DNA of 64,000 nucleotides from Clostridia bacterium (GCA_050950825.1 JBMNIH010000004.1:160001-224000); one strand, 5' to 3'. Positions 1 through 10,321 are shown, counted from the stretch's first letter. Made by a program: numbers and translations. The notes: generated by a model from the letters alone, not told the origin.

Positions 1-796
1 ATGCATTGGTACGAACCAATTGGTTCGTCGCTTCCGCTTGCGATATTTGGGTCATATGAGGATGGGTCAGACTGTGGTTTCCGATTTCATGACCTTCTCT
101 TGCGATGGCTTGTGCAAGCTCCGGATAATTCATGGGCCATATTCCGGAGAGAAAGAAGGTCGCCTTTATGTTATTGTCCCTTAATATTTGAAGAAGTCTT
201 ACGGTTTGGTTGTCGCCGTATGTAGCGTCGAAAGTCAAAGCAACCGCTCTTCGGTTCGGATTGCCCCTGTATATGGCCGTTGCAGCGGCGGGGATGGGAA
301 CGGTTAAGACCTGACCCGGAAAGAGTCTTTCGGGAACAAGACCCGGATTTTCACCGAGGATGGATTGGACCGATATGCCGAAGCGAGAAGCGATTCGATA
401 TACTGTATCTCCGGGCAGTACCGTGTAGCGGATAATCCCCGGCTGTACCGGCAGAAACGGATTCACGGCATTCGGCGGCAGAACGATCAGCATGCCGGGA
501 TATATGGTGAAAGGACTCGGAATATTGTTCAAGGCCAAGATACTCTCTATGCTGACACGAAACAGCAAAGACAGAATATACAAGGTATCTCCCGGCTGAA
601 CGGTGTAAAGCAAGCTTCCGGGAGGTGTTTCCCGTAAATTGTCGCTGACCGGAATCAGCAGGGTTTGGCCCGGTAGAATGAGATCCGGATTTGTCATATT
701 GTTATGCCGGGCAATTTCTTGTACAGTGCTTCCGTAAAGGTTTGCAATTTTCCAAACCGTATCGCCGGGTTGTACGGTATAAATCAATAAAGGCAT
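1..796 (-). CDS. 3x LysM + polysaccharide (NodB-type) deacetylase; 3' end runs off the window
   Basis: Not in the ORF track; hand-translated from ATG at 796: MPLLIYTVQPGDTVWKIANLYG..., two more YTVxPGDT LysM repeats, then VALTFDATYG...KATFFLSG...GHEIGNHSLTHPHM (CE4 motifs). AAGGA RBS upstream. Confidence 0.9.
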   Translation of the reverse strand, partial: MPLLIYTVQPGDTVWKIANLYGSTVQEIARHNNMTNPDLILPGQTLLIPVSDNLRETPPGSLLYTVQPGDTLYILSLLFRVSIESILALNNIPSPFTIYPGMLIVLPPNAVNPFLPVQPGIIRYTVLPGDTVYRIASRFGISVQSILGENPGLVPERLFPGQVLTVPIPAAATAIYRGNPNRRAVALTFDATYGDNQTVRLLQILRDNNIKATFFLSGIWPMNYPELAQAIAREGHEIGNHSLTHPHMTQISQAEATNQLVRTNA

Positions 797-1038
797 GATG
801 TTTTCCTTACTTTTATTCGTTCATATATATGCATATGAAAACAATAAAGTTACATAAAACCGTATGTTTACAAGATCCGGTAATCGTTTAGCTCGAGGTT
901 CGATTTTTTTACGGGAAACCGGTGAAGGATATAAAAATGTTAACGAAAAAGTGAAAAAAGTTAAAAAAGTATATTAACAGGTCCCCGGTATCCGGTATAA
1001 TGAAAAAAAATACGGGTTAGGATGTATGTACGCGTAAT

Positions 1039-2295
1039 ATGAAAAATAACGATCGGGCAATCGCTAACAACGTAAATGAAATCGTAATTCCTCTCTATCT
1101 GCTTGCATTTATTGTTATCGGCTTGTTTCAACAATCGCCGAAAGAAATCTTACAAGGCCTATTTGAAATATTTACTCATCCCGGAATGCTGATCACGGAT
1201 TATATGGTTATAGGGGGAGTCGGTGCCGCCCTTATCAATGGGGCTCTGGTCGGTCTTGTAGGATACGGAATCCTAAAACTCAATAAGGTCCCGATGAACG
1301 GACCGTCAATTGCCACCATTTTTACCATGGTGGGCTTCGGATTGTTCGGAAAAAACGTGTGGTCGATTCTGCCGGTAATTTTAGGTGTGCGACTTTTCTG
1401 CCTTATCCGAGGACAGTCTTTCCGGGGACATGTGTATCCCGCGCTTTTCGGTACGGCTTTAGCGCCCATGGTAACCCAAGTGGTATTTGGCTACGAGTGG
1501 GGGATTGTTACCGGAATAATCGTAGGGATACTGTCCGGTATGATCATACCCCCGTTGGCGAACCATTTGCTGATTGTCCATGAAGGGTACAATTTGTATA
1601 ACGTCGGTTTTACAGCCGGGTTTGTGGGATTGTTATTTATCAACATATTCCGAAATTACGGGCATGACAGTGTCATTATGGAGATTTGGGGCACGGGATT
1701 GAACTCCATTTTACGCCGGGTTTTCGTGCCCATGTTTTTAAGCATGATTATTTTCGGTATAATCCTCACCAAAGGGAAGCTTAAAGAATACCTTAAAGTG
1801 TTGAAGCATCCCGGAATACTGATTTCCGACTATGTCAATATGTACGGCTTCGGCTATACATTGATCAATATGGGACTGGTCGGTTTAATCGGCTCCGTGT
1901 ACATAGAGTTGGTCGGCGGAGTATACAACGGGCCGACGGTTGGAGGATTGTTAACCATGACCGGTTTTGCCGCTTTCGGAAAGCATCCTGCCAATATTAC
2001 TCCCATTATGCTGGGTGTTTGGCTGGGAACCAAAAGCAATCTGCTGCCTTATTCGGTTATGCCGGCAAACGCACCCGGAGCATTGCTGGCGGCCCTTTTT
2101 TCCACGACTTTAGCTCCCTTAGCCGGTAATTTCGGACCTATTGTAGGCATACTGGCAGGCTTTGTCCACTTGACGGTTGTGTCGAATGTAGGTATATTAC
2201 ATGGAGGGCTAAACCTTTATAACAACGGTTTTGCAGGAGGTCTTGTGGCAATGTTTTTCGTCGCCATCATCAAAGACCTTAAAAAAGGGCGGTAG
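1039..2295 (+). CDS. DUF1576-like multi-pass membrane protein
   Basis: Hydrophobic, internally duplicated (GFGLFGKN / GFAAFGKH; GYNLYNVGF / GLNLYNNGF). Confidence 0.8.
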   Translation: MKNNDRAIANNVNEIVIPLYLLAFIVIGLFQQSPKEILQGLFEIFTHPGMLITDYMVIGGVGAALINGALVGLVGYGILKLNKVPMNGPSIATIFTMVGFGLFGKNVWSILPVILGVRLFCLIRGQSFRGHVYPALFGTALAPMVTQVVFGYEWGIVTGIIVGILSGMIIPPLANHLLIVHEGYNLYNVGFTAGFVGLLFINIFRNYGHDSVIMEIWGTGLNSILRRVFVPMFLSMIIFGIILTKGKLKEYLKVLKHPGILISDYVNMYGFGYTLINMGLVGLIGSVYIELVGGVYNGPTVGGLLTMTGFAAFGKHPANITPIMLGVWLGTKSNLLPYSVMPANAPGALLAALFSTTLAPLAGNFGPIVGILAGFVHLTVVSNVGILHGGLNLYNNGFAGGLVAMFFVAIIKDLKKGR

Positions 2296-2308
2296 GAGGG
2301 GATAGGAA

Positions 2309-2653
2309 ATGACAACCGAAAAAGAAAAGCTGCAAGGAATTGTTAAAGAGCTTATTGCCAATGCTTTGGATGCCGGTGCAACCGAAATACAAGCTTCCGT
2401 TAAAATAGAAGCGGATAAAACCGTGATCACCGTGAAAGACAACGGCTCCGGAATGAACGAAAAAGAAATCAAAAATGCGTTAAAGGTTCTTCACCAGATC
2501 CGGAGAGATGAAATTGAGGACTATTACGGTATTTTGGCGGGAAACAGCTTGATGGCATCCGGGCTCAACCTTGTAGGTATGCTTGTAGACGATGCGGTTG
2601 TTGAAAGCGGTTCCGAAGGAACCGTAATAACGGTAATTCGACTGCATAAGTAA
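2309..2653 (+). CDS. Small stand-alone HATPase_c (GHKL) ATP-binding protein
   Basis: ELIANALDAGA (N box), VKDNGSGM (G1), GLNLV, GTVITV; AGGAGG RBS. Confidence 0.8.
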   Translation: MTTEKEKLQGIVKELIANALDAGATEIQASVKIEADKTVITVKDNGSGMNEKEIKNALKVLHQIRRDEIEDYYGILAGNSLMASGLNLVGMLVDDAVVESGSEGTVITVIRLHK

Positions 2654-2811
2654 CCCGAATAGAGCAAAATGCCCGGTAATATATTGCCGGGCATGATTAT
2701 AAGGAATAAAATTTAAAACGTAACCGTTTCGAACCATCCGAGCTTACCGTAAAGCTGCTTGGGATGGTATTTTGGTTTTTAGAAGGCATAAATTATGCTG
2801 CGGTGTTGACG

Positions 2812-3264
2812 ATGTTTTTGTACCATTATTACGATAAAAAAATCGGACCTTTCATGAATTTGTCCGAATTGCAGGACCGGCAGGCGAATAAAATCTTGGA
2901 ACAAATCAAGAAAGAAAAACCGAATTCTCAGTGTGCGCGGCGAGACCCGGAATACATGTTTCGCCGTCGTATGTATGAGGATATTTTAAGAAAAGAATTC
3001 TTAAAAAAAGGCGGAGTTATAAAAAGAAAAGCGCCTCGTTATACGGTCTTAGAACACAGTCCGTGGCCTCGAGATGACGATTCGAAGGAATACCGAAGAA
3101 AGATATATACCTTCGATGAGATTCTTGTTTTAATCGATAAATACGGTTTTCCTCAAGATTGGAATGACGACGGGAAATACGGCCCGGAAAGATATATCGA
3201 AGCCCATATTTGGAGCGACGAGACCGTTGACAAATACCGCAATGTTAAAGATAGAACGCTATGA
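2812..3264 (+). CDS. Hypothetical protein, possibly internally deleted
   Basis: ORF MFLYHYYDKKIGPF...GPERYIEAHIWSD; start taken at the internal Met. Confidence 0.55.
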   Translation: MFLYHYYDKKIGPFMNLSELQDRQANKILEQIKKEKPNSQCARRDPEYMFRRRMYEDILRKEFLKKGGVIKRKAPRYTVLEHSPWPRDDDSKEYRRKIYTFDEILVLIDKYGFPQDWNDDGKYGPERYIEAHIWSDETVDKYRNVKDRTL

Positions 3265-3369
3265 TAGACCCGTTCAGTAACGTGAAACCGGCAAAGGATA
3301 AGACTACCGGCATGGCATAGATGCTTTTTTCAAGGAACACTTTTCGTTCCTTTTTTTATTCTCGTTATT

Positions 3370-3384
3370 ATAGGTAAAACCAAT
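3370..3384. promoter_or_regulatory. Putative LysR-type operator ATAGGTAAAACCAAT
   Basis: T-N11-A dyad, 14/15 identical to the site at 8958-8972. Confidence 0.6.
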
Positions 3385-3469
3385 CATATACATAAAATAA
3401 TTATATTTTACAATAAGTCTTTAAAGCCATATGATAGAAGTAAGGAACATCTATGAAGGAGCACGGAAG

Positions 3470-4438
3470 ATGGATTTTACAAAAAAAGCGAAGAAAATAT
3501 TGTCGGGAATCATTCTCTTCTTTTCATTCGTATCGATTCTAACGGGATGTACGGCAGGAACCAAAGCGGCTATAGAGGAACCCTCCCGGTTCTTCTATCG
3601 TTTCACGGATTCTTTGGGAAATTCGATTCAATTAATAGAAAAACCCCAAAGAGTCGTATCTCTTGTCGGTTCCTATGCCGAGACTTGGCTTTTGGCGGGA
3701 GGGACGCTGTCGGGTGTTACAAGCGACGTCATAAGCGAGAGGAATTTGGATTTACCGAAGGAAACCAAAATCATAGGTACCGTGAAGGAGCCGAATTTGG
3801 AAGAGATCATCAACCTTTCCGCCGATTTTGTTTTGCTTTCGCCGGATATCGAAAGTCATGTCCGTATATCGCAAACCTTGGAAAATGCGAATATACCCTT
3901 TGCCTTTTTTAAGGTGGAGCATTTCGACGATTACTTAGAAATGCTGAAAATTTGCACGGATATAACGGAAAAGAAAGAAATGTATGAGAAATACGGTTTA
4001 AAGGTAAAGGATCAAATCGAAGGTATCACGGATCGAGTAGCCGGTAAGAAAAATCCGACGATTTTACTGATTCGCGCTTTTTCAAGCGGGGCAAAGGCGA
4101 AAGACGATGAAAATATGGCCTGCAAAATACTGAATGATTTGGGTACCGTGAATATCGCTTCAAAGCATCGATCCCTGTTGGAGGATCTCAGCATTGAAGA
4201 AATTATCCGAGAAGATCCGGATTTCATTTTCGTTGTTACCATGGGGAATGCGGAAGAAGCCTTAAAAGCGCTAAAGGACGGAATCGAGAAAAATCCCGTC
4301 TGGAGCCGGCTTTCCGCCGTAAAAAACAATCGGTATATTGTGCTTCCAAAAGAGTTATTCCATTACAAGCCGAATGCAAGATGGGGTGAAAGTTATGAAT
4401 ACATGGCAAAAATTCTCTATCCGGAGGAGTTTGAATAA
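3470..4438 (+). CDS. Iron-chelate/corrinoid ABC transporter substrate-binding lipoprotein (BtuF/FepB-like)
   Basis: Lipobox LTGC; KPQRVVSL, PNLEEII, PDFIFV, LSAVKNNRY motifs; AAGGAG RBS. Confidence 0.88.
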   Translation: MDFTKKAKKILSGIILFFSFVSILTGCTAGTKAAIEEPSRFFYRFTDSLGNSIQLIEKPQRVVSLVGSYAETWLLAGGTLSGVTSDVISERNLDLPKETKIIGTVKEPNLEEIINLSADFVLLSPDIESHVRISQTLENANIPFAFFKVEHFDDYLEMLKICTDITEKKEMYEKYGLKVKDQIEGITDRVAGKKNPTILLIRAFSSGAKAKDDENMACKILNDLGTVNIASKHRSLLEDLSIEEIIREDPDFIFVVTMGNAEEALKALKDGIEKNPVWSRLSAVKNNRYIVLPKELFHYKPNARWGESYEYMAKILYPEEFE

Positions 4439-5438
4439 AAAAGGTAAAGGTTATTGCGTTCTTCTTATCGTTATACTTGCAATCCTGCTTGTAATCGGTA
4501 TGTTTTTAAGTACAAGCATCGGATCCGTTAAAATACCTTTATCGGAGATTGTAACATCGATCCGATCGGGAGACCGTACACTCAAAGCTTATATCATCAT
4601 TATGTTTGTTCGCATACCGCGGACTTTGGCGGCGGTTCTTGCCGGGTGCGCCCTATCGGTTTCCGGCGCCGTATTGCAATCGGTATTGAATAACTCTCTC
4701 GCAAGCCCGAATGTTATAGGCGTCAACTCCGGCGCCGGATTGTTTACCGTACTTATCGCCGCTTTTTTCCCTGCATCCTTGCATCTGGCGACTCCGGCTG
4801 CCTTTGCGGGAGCCCTTTTGGCCGTGTTTTCCGTATATTTTATCGCCCGAAAGACGGGAGCTTCCAAGACAACCATCGTCTTGTCCGGTGTTGCCGTATC
4901 AAGCTTTATCGGTGCCATAACGGATACTTTATTGACCTTGAAGCCCGATACGGTTTTTGCTCGTACGGCGTTTTTAATCGGAGGGTTTTCCGGAATAACC
5001 ATGGAAAAGATTCGTTTTGCAGGCATATGGATTGTCATTGCTATGGTGATCGCTTTTTTAATGAGCCGGGATATGAATGTTCTTATGCTGGGAGACGAGA
5101 GCGCTCGGTCTTTAGGCTTAAACACGGGGCGAGTACGCTTTGTCTGTATGATTTTATCGGCGTTATTGGCGGGAAGTGCCGTAAGCTTTGCGGGTCAAAT
5201 CGGTTTTGTAGGACTTATCGTGCCCCATACGGCAAGAATATTCACGGGGCAGGACAATCGAATTCTGCTTCCGGTATCGGCTCTTTTAGGCGGTATCTTT
5301 GTTTTAATGTGCGATTTGCTGGCACGGATCCTTTTTGCTCCCTTTGAAATTCCTGCGGGCATTATTATGTCCTTTTTAGGAGGCCCGTTTTTTATATATC
5401 TACTCATAAAAGCAAAGAAAGGACAGCAGTATGATTAA
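4431..5438 (+). CDS. FecCD-family ABC permease (start uncertain)
   Basis: RIPRTLAAVLAG, NSLASPNVIGVNSGA, IGFVGLIVPH, GGPFFIYLL. Confidence 0.9.
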   Translation: MNKKGKGYCVLLIVILAILLVIGMFLSTSIGSVKIPLSEIVTSIRSGDRTLKAYIIIMFVRIPRTLAAVLAGCALSVSGAVLQSVLNNSLASPNVIGVNSGAGLFTVLIAAFFPASLHLATPAAFAGALLAVFSVYFIARKTGASKTTIVLSGVAVSSFIGAITDTLLTLKPDTVFARTAFLIGGFSGITMEKIRFAGIWIVIAMVIAFLMSRDMNVLMLGDESARSLGLNTGRVRFVCMILSALLAGSAVSFAGQIGFVGLIVPHTARIFTGQDNRILLPVSALLGGIFVLMCDLLARILFAPFEIPAGIIMSFLGGPFFIYLLIKAKKGQQYD

Positions 5439-6204
5439 ATTGAACGATGTTACGGCAGGCTACGGCGGCATTGAAATCATAAAGGATATCCGTATTGCCT
5501 TCGAAGAAGGCGGCATCACAACAATCATCGGCAAAAACGGCTGCGGAAAAACCACGCTGTTAAAAACCGCAGCTAACTTGCTAAAGCCGTTTCGCGGAAG
5601 CATCACCATAAAAGGAGAGGACATATCCCGTATTCCCCTTAAAGAGTTTGCGAAAAGGGTAGCTTATCTACCCCAGAATCGAAATGTTCCCGACATAACG
5701 ATCTATCAATTGGTTATGCACGGAAGATATCCTTATCTCGGGTTTTCCGACAGGGCGGGAGAAAAGGACAAGCAAATCGTAAAAAATGCCATCGAGACTT
5801 TGAGCTTAGGCGAATATGTTCATGAAAATTTACGGAAGCTTTCGGGAGGAGAACGACAAAAGGCGTATTTGGCCATGGTTTTGGCCCAAGACACGGACGT
5901 GATATTTTTGGACGAGCCCACCACCTATTTGGATATTCGTCATCGGCTTGAAATATTGGAGATTGTAAAAAAACTAAAGGAAATGAACAAAACCGTCGTG
6001 ATGGTCCTTCACGACCTTAACGAAGCGCTTACCTTCTCCGACAAGATTTGTTTAATGGACCGGGGCGAGGTTGTCCTGTACGATACACCCCAAGCCGTAT
6101 TTGATAGCGAAGAGATAGAAAAGATCTTTAAGGTTCAAGCCGAACAAGTCTTCGTAGGAGATCATGCTCTCCGACAATATGTATTTTATTCGAAAACCGC
6201 ATAA
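5431..6204 (+). CDS. ABC transporter ATP-binding protein (FepC-like)
   Basis: GKNGCGKTT, LSGGERQ, LDEPTTYLD, VLHDLN. Confidence 0.92.
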   Translation: MIKLNDVTAGYGGIEIIKDIRIAFEEGGITTIIGKNGCGKTTLLKTAANLLKPFRGSITIKGEDISRIPLKEFAKRVAYLPQNRNVPDITIYQLVMHGRYPYLGFSDRAGEKDKQIVKNAIETLSLGEYVHENLRKLSGGERQKAYLAMVLAQDTDVIFLDEPTTYLDIRHRLEILEIVKKLKEMNKTVVMVLHDLNEALTFSDKICLMDRGEVVLYDTPQAVFDSEEIEKIFKVQAEQVFVGDHALRQYVFYSKTA

Positions 6205-6215
6205 ATGAAAAAACG

Positions 6216-6244
6216 AAAAAAGGGCTTTTCGAAAGCCCTTTTTT
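6216..6244. terminator. Bidirectional intrinsic terminator
   Basis: AAAAAAGGGCTTT-TCG-AAAGCCCTTTTTT between convergent genes. Confidence 0.85.
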
Positions 6245-6265
6245 GATAGGAAAAAAATCGTAAAA

Positions 6266-7219
6266 TCAGCAGGAGGCTCCTCCCGTCATGTGAAGCTCCG
6301 CGACCAAAATGGCTTGCTTTCTTTTGAGCAGGTCATCGGAAAAAAGCTGTTTCTGTACATTCTCAAAACCGATTCTTGCGATGGTTTCGGACAAGCGCTC
6401 CCCGGTTTTGCCTTGTTCCCTGTAAAGGAGAATCGTTTTTTCAATCGTATCCAAGACGTCCTCTTTGTTTGTAAAAATCTTATCAAGGGGCTTGCCGATG
6501 GCAATTTTCTTGCCCCATCTTCCTCCGAGGAAGATTTTGTATCCGACGGTATAGTCGCTTACCACGTCAAAGGGACATTGACCGACGCACAAACCGCAGT
6601 TGTTGCATACGGTTTTGTCGATCTCAAGCATGTCTTCCGTGGCTTTGGCGGCTCCCATCGGGCATACCTGTTCAACTATACATTTTTTACATCCCATACA
6701 ATCCTCTGTTTCAAAACAAGGGATTTTTTGACCGACGATCCCCAAATCGTTCAAATCCGGCTTCATGCAATTATTCGGACATCCGCCGACGCCGATTTTG
6801 AATTTATGAGGAAGCTTCACATCGGCATAGCCGTTATAGAATCTTTCGTGAATTTCTTCCGACAAGGCAAAGGTATCGATTAATCCGTACCGGCATACGG
6901 TTCCTTTACAGGATACCACCGGACGGACCTTTGAACCGGTTCCGCCCGTCTCCAGCCCTTCCTTTGCGATATACGTACGAAAGTCTTCGATTTTGTTATA
7001 GGGAATACCCTGAACCTCTACGGTTAATCGGCTTGTAAAGGTTATGATGCCGTTTCCGTAAAGCTCGGCAGCCTCCGATATGCATTTGTTTTGGGCCGCC
7101 GTAATTTTTCCATTTTTCGTAATAATCCTTCCGGAAAAGTTGTCGGTCCCTTTATTTCTTAAAAAACCTAAGGCCTTTACTCTTTTTTCATCCGTACCGG
7201 TAATTGTTAAGCTTGACAT
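6266..7219 (-). CDS. Nitrite/sulfite reductase-like 4Fe-4S protein (AsrC-like)
   Basis: SCKGTVCRYG, LPHKFKIGVGGCPNNC siroheme/FeS motifs plus two CxxCxxC...CP ferredoxin motifs. Confidence 0.85.
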   Translation of the reverse strand: MSSLTITGTDEKRVKALGFLRNKGTDNFSGRIITKNGKITAAQNKCISEAAELYGNGIITFTSRLTVEVQGIPYNKIEDFRTYIAKEGLETGGTGSKVRPVVSCKGTVCRYGLIDTFALSEEIHERFYNGYADVKLPHKFKIGVGGCPNNCMKPDLNDLGIVGQKIPCFETEDCMGCKKCIVEQVCPMGAAKATEDMLEIDKTVCNNCGLCVGQCPFDVVSDYTVGYKIFLGGRWGKKIAIGKPLDKIFTNKEDVLDTIEKTILLYREQGKTGERLSETIARIGFENVQKQLFSDDLLKRKQAILVAELHMTGGASC

Positions 7220-7246
7220 TTTTCAAAATCCTCCCGTTCATTATTT

Positions 7247-8902
7247 TCACACTATGACCTCATTGAAGGTCGTTCCGCCTTCCAAGACAAGGGTATGCTT
7301 GTATCCGAAATTCTTTAAGCGTCTTTGGAGCATATACGCTCTTTTTCCTTTTGTACATACCAATAGAAGCCTTTCGTCTTTTGACAATCCGGGAATTTCA
7401 CCGTTTACCGTTCCAAGGTCCACGTAAATTGCTCCGTCGATGCTCGGCTTGCGAGAAGCGTCGATGATCTTGTAACCTTGAGCTTTGCCTAAAGCAAATT
7501 CCGTCGGAGTGACGGTTTCCAAAGCTCCGTTGATTTTGTTCAATAAAATGTTGACGGTATGAGAGAAAGGATGAATGGCCGTAGAAAAAGGAGGAGCATA
7601 AGCCAAATCCATGTTTTCAATATCTTCCGGGGTTGCTCCTAACGTAATGGCCGTTGCGGCAATGTCCGTCATTTTATCGATTGCGCCTTTCCCTAACACT
7701 TGAAGTCCCAACAATCGCTTCGTGCTCCTGTCTGCCGTCATTTTTACGATAAAGACGGAAGAATCGGGGTAGTAATGAGCCTTATCGTCCGTAACCGCAA
7801 CAACGCTTACGGCATCAAATCCCGCTTTTTTTGCTTGCTCTTCCGTCAAGCCGGTTCTTCCTGCATTAAACCCGGGGAGCTTGATAACGGCGGTTCCCAA
7901 AACACCTTGGTAAGGGATTTTGTTACCAATCATATTTTTCGCAGCAATGCGGCCTGCAATATTGGCCGTTGATCCCATGGGAGACCACACGGGCTTTTTT
8001 GTTATTTTGTTCAAAACGGAAGCGCAGTCGCCTACGGCATAGATATCTTCGAAATTTGTTTGCAGAAACTCATTGACTTTAACGGTTTTATCGGGCATAA
8101 GCTCTATGCCCGAGCCATCCAAAAATTCGGTGTTGGCTCTTATTCCTACGCATAGGATCACGGCATCCGTTTTCATAATACGCTTATCGGTCTTTACCTT
8201 CTCCGCTTTTTCCTCGCCGAGTATGGCTTCAAGCCTTGTGCCCGTAAAGGCTACAATACCTTGCTCCGCTAACCGATTTTCGATGGCTTCGGCAAAATCT
8301 TTGTCGAAGCCGGGAGGTATATGCTCCGCCATATCGATGACGGAAACTCGAATACCGAGAGCGGAAAGGTTTTCGGCGATCTCAAGCCCGTTATATCCGC
8401 CGCCAACGACGACAACTCGTTTGATTTCACCGGACTCGACAAAAGCTCGTATCGATGCCGCATCGTCCGGAGTTCTTAAAAAGAACACGTTCGCAAGGCC
8501 GACTCCTTCCACGGGAGGGACCCAAGCTTTGGCACCGGTGGCAATCACCAGCTTGTCATACCGGTATGTACGAACCTCGTTTGTTTTTAAGTCCCTTGCC
8601 GTAACGGTTTTTTCTTTTGGATTGACTTTTGTGGCTTCGGTTTCGGTAATTACATGCACCCCCGTCAGTTTGGAGAAGCTATCGGGAGTATTAACGATTA
8701 ATTGACTGCGGTCGGAAATGACCTTCCCTACATAGTAGGGCAAGCCGCAGCCGGCATAAGAAATATCTTTGCTTTTGGTTAATAAGGTAACATCGCAATT
8801 AAAATTTTCACGCTTCAGCTTGGCGGCGACTTTCGTACCCGCCGCTACGCCGCCGATTATGAGTATTTTCACTTTTTCACCTTCGTTCGTTTTTTCTTTC
8901 AT
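7247..8902 (-). CDS. CoA-disulfide reductase/NADH oxidase family flavoprotein with C-terminal rhodanese domain
   Basis: GGVAAG, SYAGCGLPY, GGGYNGLE, IYAVGDC, LAYAPPFS; C-terminal LLVCTKGKRA...LEGG. Confidence 0.88.
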   Translation of the reverse strand: MKEKTNEGEKVKILIIGGVAAGTKVAAKLKRENFNCDVTLLTKSKDISYAGCGLPYYVGKVISDRSQLIVNTPDSFSKLTGVHVITETEATKVNPKEKTVTARDLKTNEVRTYRYDKLVIATGAKAWVPPVEGVGLANVFFLRTPDDAASIRAFVESGEIKRVVVVGGGYNGLEIAENLSALGIRVSVIDMAEHIPPGFDKDFAEAIENRLAEQGIVAFTGTRLEAILGEEKAEKVKTDKRIMKTDAVILCVGIRANTEFLDGSGIELMPDKTVKVNEFLQTNFEDIYAVGDCASVLNKITKKPVWSPMGSTANIAGRIAAKNMIGNKIPYQGVLGTAVIKLPGFNAGRTGLTEEQAKKAGFDAVSVVAVTDDKAHYYPDSSVFIVKMTADRSTKRLLGLQVLGKGAIDKMTDIAATAITLGATPEDIENMDLAYAPPFSTAIHPFSHTVNILLNKINGALETVTPTEFALGKAQGYKIIDASRKPSIDGAIYVDLGTVNGEIPGLSKDERLLLVCTKGKRAYMLQRRLKNFGYKHTLVLEGGTTFNEVIV

Positions 8903-8957
8903 ATTAACTATATCATTTGAATTAATAATAATAAAATGATATTATCTTATAATAACA

Positions 8958-8972
8958 ATAGGTAAAACCTAT
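8958..8972. promoter_or_regulatory. Putative LysR operator ATAGGT-AAA-ACCTAT
   Basis: Perfect T-N11-A palindrome between the divergent oxidoreductase and LysR genes. Confidence 0.7.
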
Positions 8973-9005
8973 TGATGATGTTATAGACGAAAGGGAGAAG
9001 GCAAA

Positions 9006-9926
9006 TTGACCATCAGGCATTTAAGGATATTTATCGAAGTGGCGGATTGCGGGAAAATGAGTGCCGCCGCCGAAAAGCTGTATATTTCACAGCCAACGGT
9101 AAGCCAAGCCATTAAGGAACTGGAAGACTACTACGGAGTTCTCTTATTCGAAAGAATCGGCAAAAAGCTGTATATCACCGAAAAAGGGGAGAAGCTCCTT
9201 TTTTATGCTCGCAACGTGGTAAAACAGTTCGACGATATGGAAGAGAAAATGTTTAAGGGCAACTATATCGAAAAAATTCGAATCGGTGCAACCATGACGG
9301 TAGGCAGCTGCTTAATTAACGATATCATCAGAAGCTTCAGCGAGCAAAATCCCCAAGTGGAAGTTTACTCTTACGTAAACAATACGAAAGAAATCGAGGA
9401 ACGCTTACTGAAATCCGAGCTGGACATCGCCGTGGTGGAAGGAGAAGTAAAAAGTCCGGACTTGGTTTCCATCCCGGAGGTTCATGACTTTTTGGTTCTT
9501 GCCTGCAGCACCAAGCATCCTTTTGCGGAGAAAAAGGTCTTAAGGCTTTCGGATTTGGCTTCCGAGCCCTTTGCCATGCGAGAGGAGGGCAGCGGAACGC
9601 GAGCCTTGTTTGAACGATACATGGCGGACAATCGAATGCCCATTCGAATCGCTTTTGAAGGAAACAGCTCTTCATCCATTAAGAAAGCCGTTATTGAAAA
9701 TCGGTACCTGGCCGTTCTTTCCATACGCTTGTTGGAAGAAGAAATGAAAAGAGGGCAAATATACGTTTTCCGGAATTCGGATCACGATTGGGACCGGTAT
9801 TTTAGCATCGTGTATCATAAAAACAAAATGATCACAAAAGAAATGAACAATCTTATGGATGTGGTAAGAAGCTACAAGCATGTGGAAATCCTTCGAGATA
9901 CGGATTTCGGGAAAATCATGAAGTGA
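9006..9926 (+). CDS. LysR-family transcriptional regulator (CysL/YeiE-like)
   Basis: MSAAAEKLYISQPTVSQAIKELE HTH; REEGSGTR motif. Confidence 0.92.
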   Translation: MTIRHLRIFIEVADCGKMSAAAEKLYISQPTVSQAIKELEDYYGVLLFERIGKKLYITEKGEKLLFYARNVVKQFDDMEEKMFKGNYIEKIRIGATMTVGSCLINDIIRSFSEQNPQVEVYSYVNNTKEIEERLLKSELDIAVVEGEVKSPDLVSIPEVHDFLVLACSTKHPFAEKKVLRLSDLASEPFAMREEGSGTRALFERYMADNRMPIRIAFEGNSSSSIKKAVIENRYLAVLSIRLLEEEMKRGQIYVFRNSDHDWDRYFSIVYHKNKMITKEMNNLMDVVRSYKHVEILRDTDFGKIMK

Positions 9927-9994
9927 TCGAAAGAAAAGATCTTACGGGCCGTATGGTATACTGTGAATATGGCACCTATGGAAAGGAGAAAAGT

Positions 9995-10321
9995 ATGAAA
10001 CAAGAACGAATTATTCCTTATGATAAAGCGATACGTGACAAAATACCGGAAATCATTAAAGCAACGGGCAAAACCCCTGTGGTGGAGACGGTAGATCCCG
10101 AGGTCTTTGCTCGGTATTTGAATGAAAAGCTGGAAGAGGAGTTGAACGAGTATCGCAAGGAAGGCAGCATTGAGGAGCTTGCGGACCTTGTGGAGGTCGT
10201 ATACGGACTGCTTCACTTAAAAGGCATTACCGTCCAAGAATTCGAGGCTATAAGAACGGAAAAGGCAAAAAAAAGAGGGGGATTTGAAAAAAGATTAGTT
10301 CTTAAAAAAGTGATTGAATAA
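9995..10321 (+). CDS. MazG-like / PRA-PH nucleoside-triphosphate pyrophosphohydrolase
   Basis: KAIRDKIPEII, KLEEELNEY, EELADLVEVV, KRGGF; AAAGGAG RBS. Confidence 0.85.
   Translation: MKQERIIPYDKAIRDKIPEIIKATGKTPVVETVDPEVFARYLNEKLEEELNEYRKEGSIEELADLVEVVYGLLHLKGITVQEFEAIRTEKAKKRGGFEKRLVLKKVIE

Noticed and set aside
1-637. Plus-strand ORFs 1-225 and 365-637
   Set aside because: Shadows of the minus-strand LysM/deacetylase gene.
3265-3469. Cobalamin riboswitch ahead of the BtuF-like operon
   Set aside because: No B12-box or conserved core was recognisable; the region is AT-rich and holds a LysR-type dyad instead.
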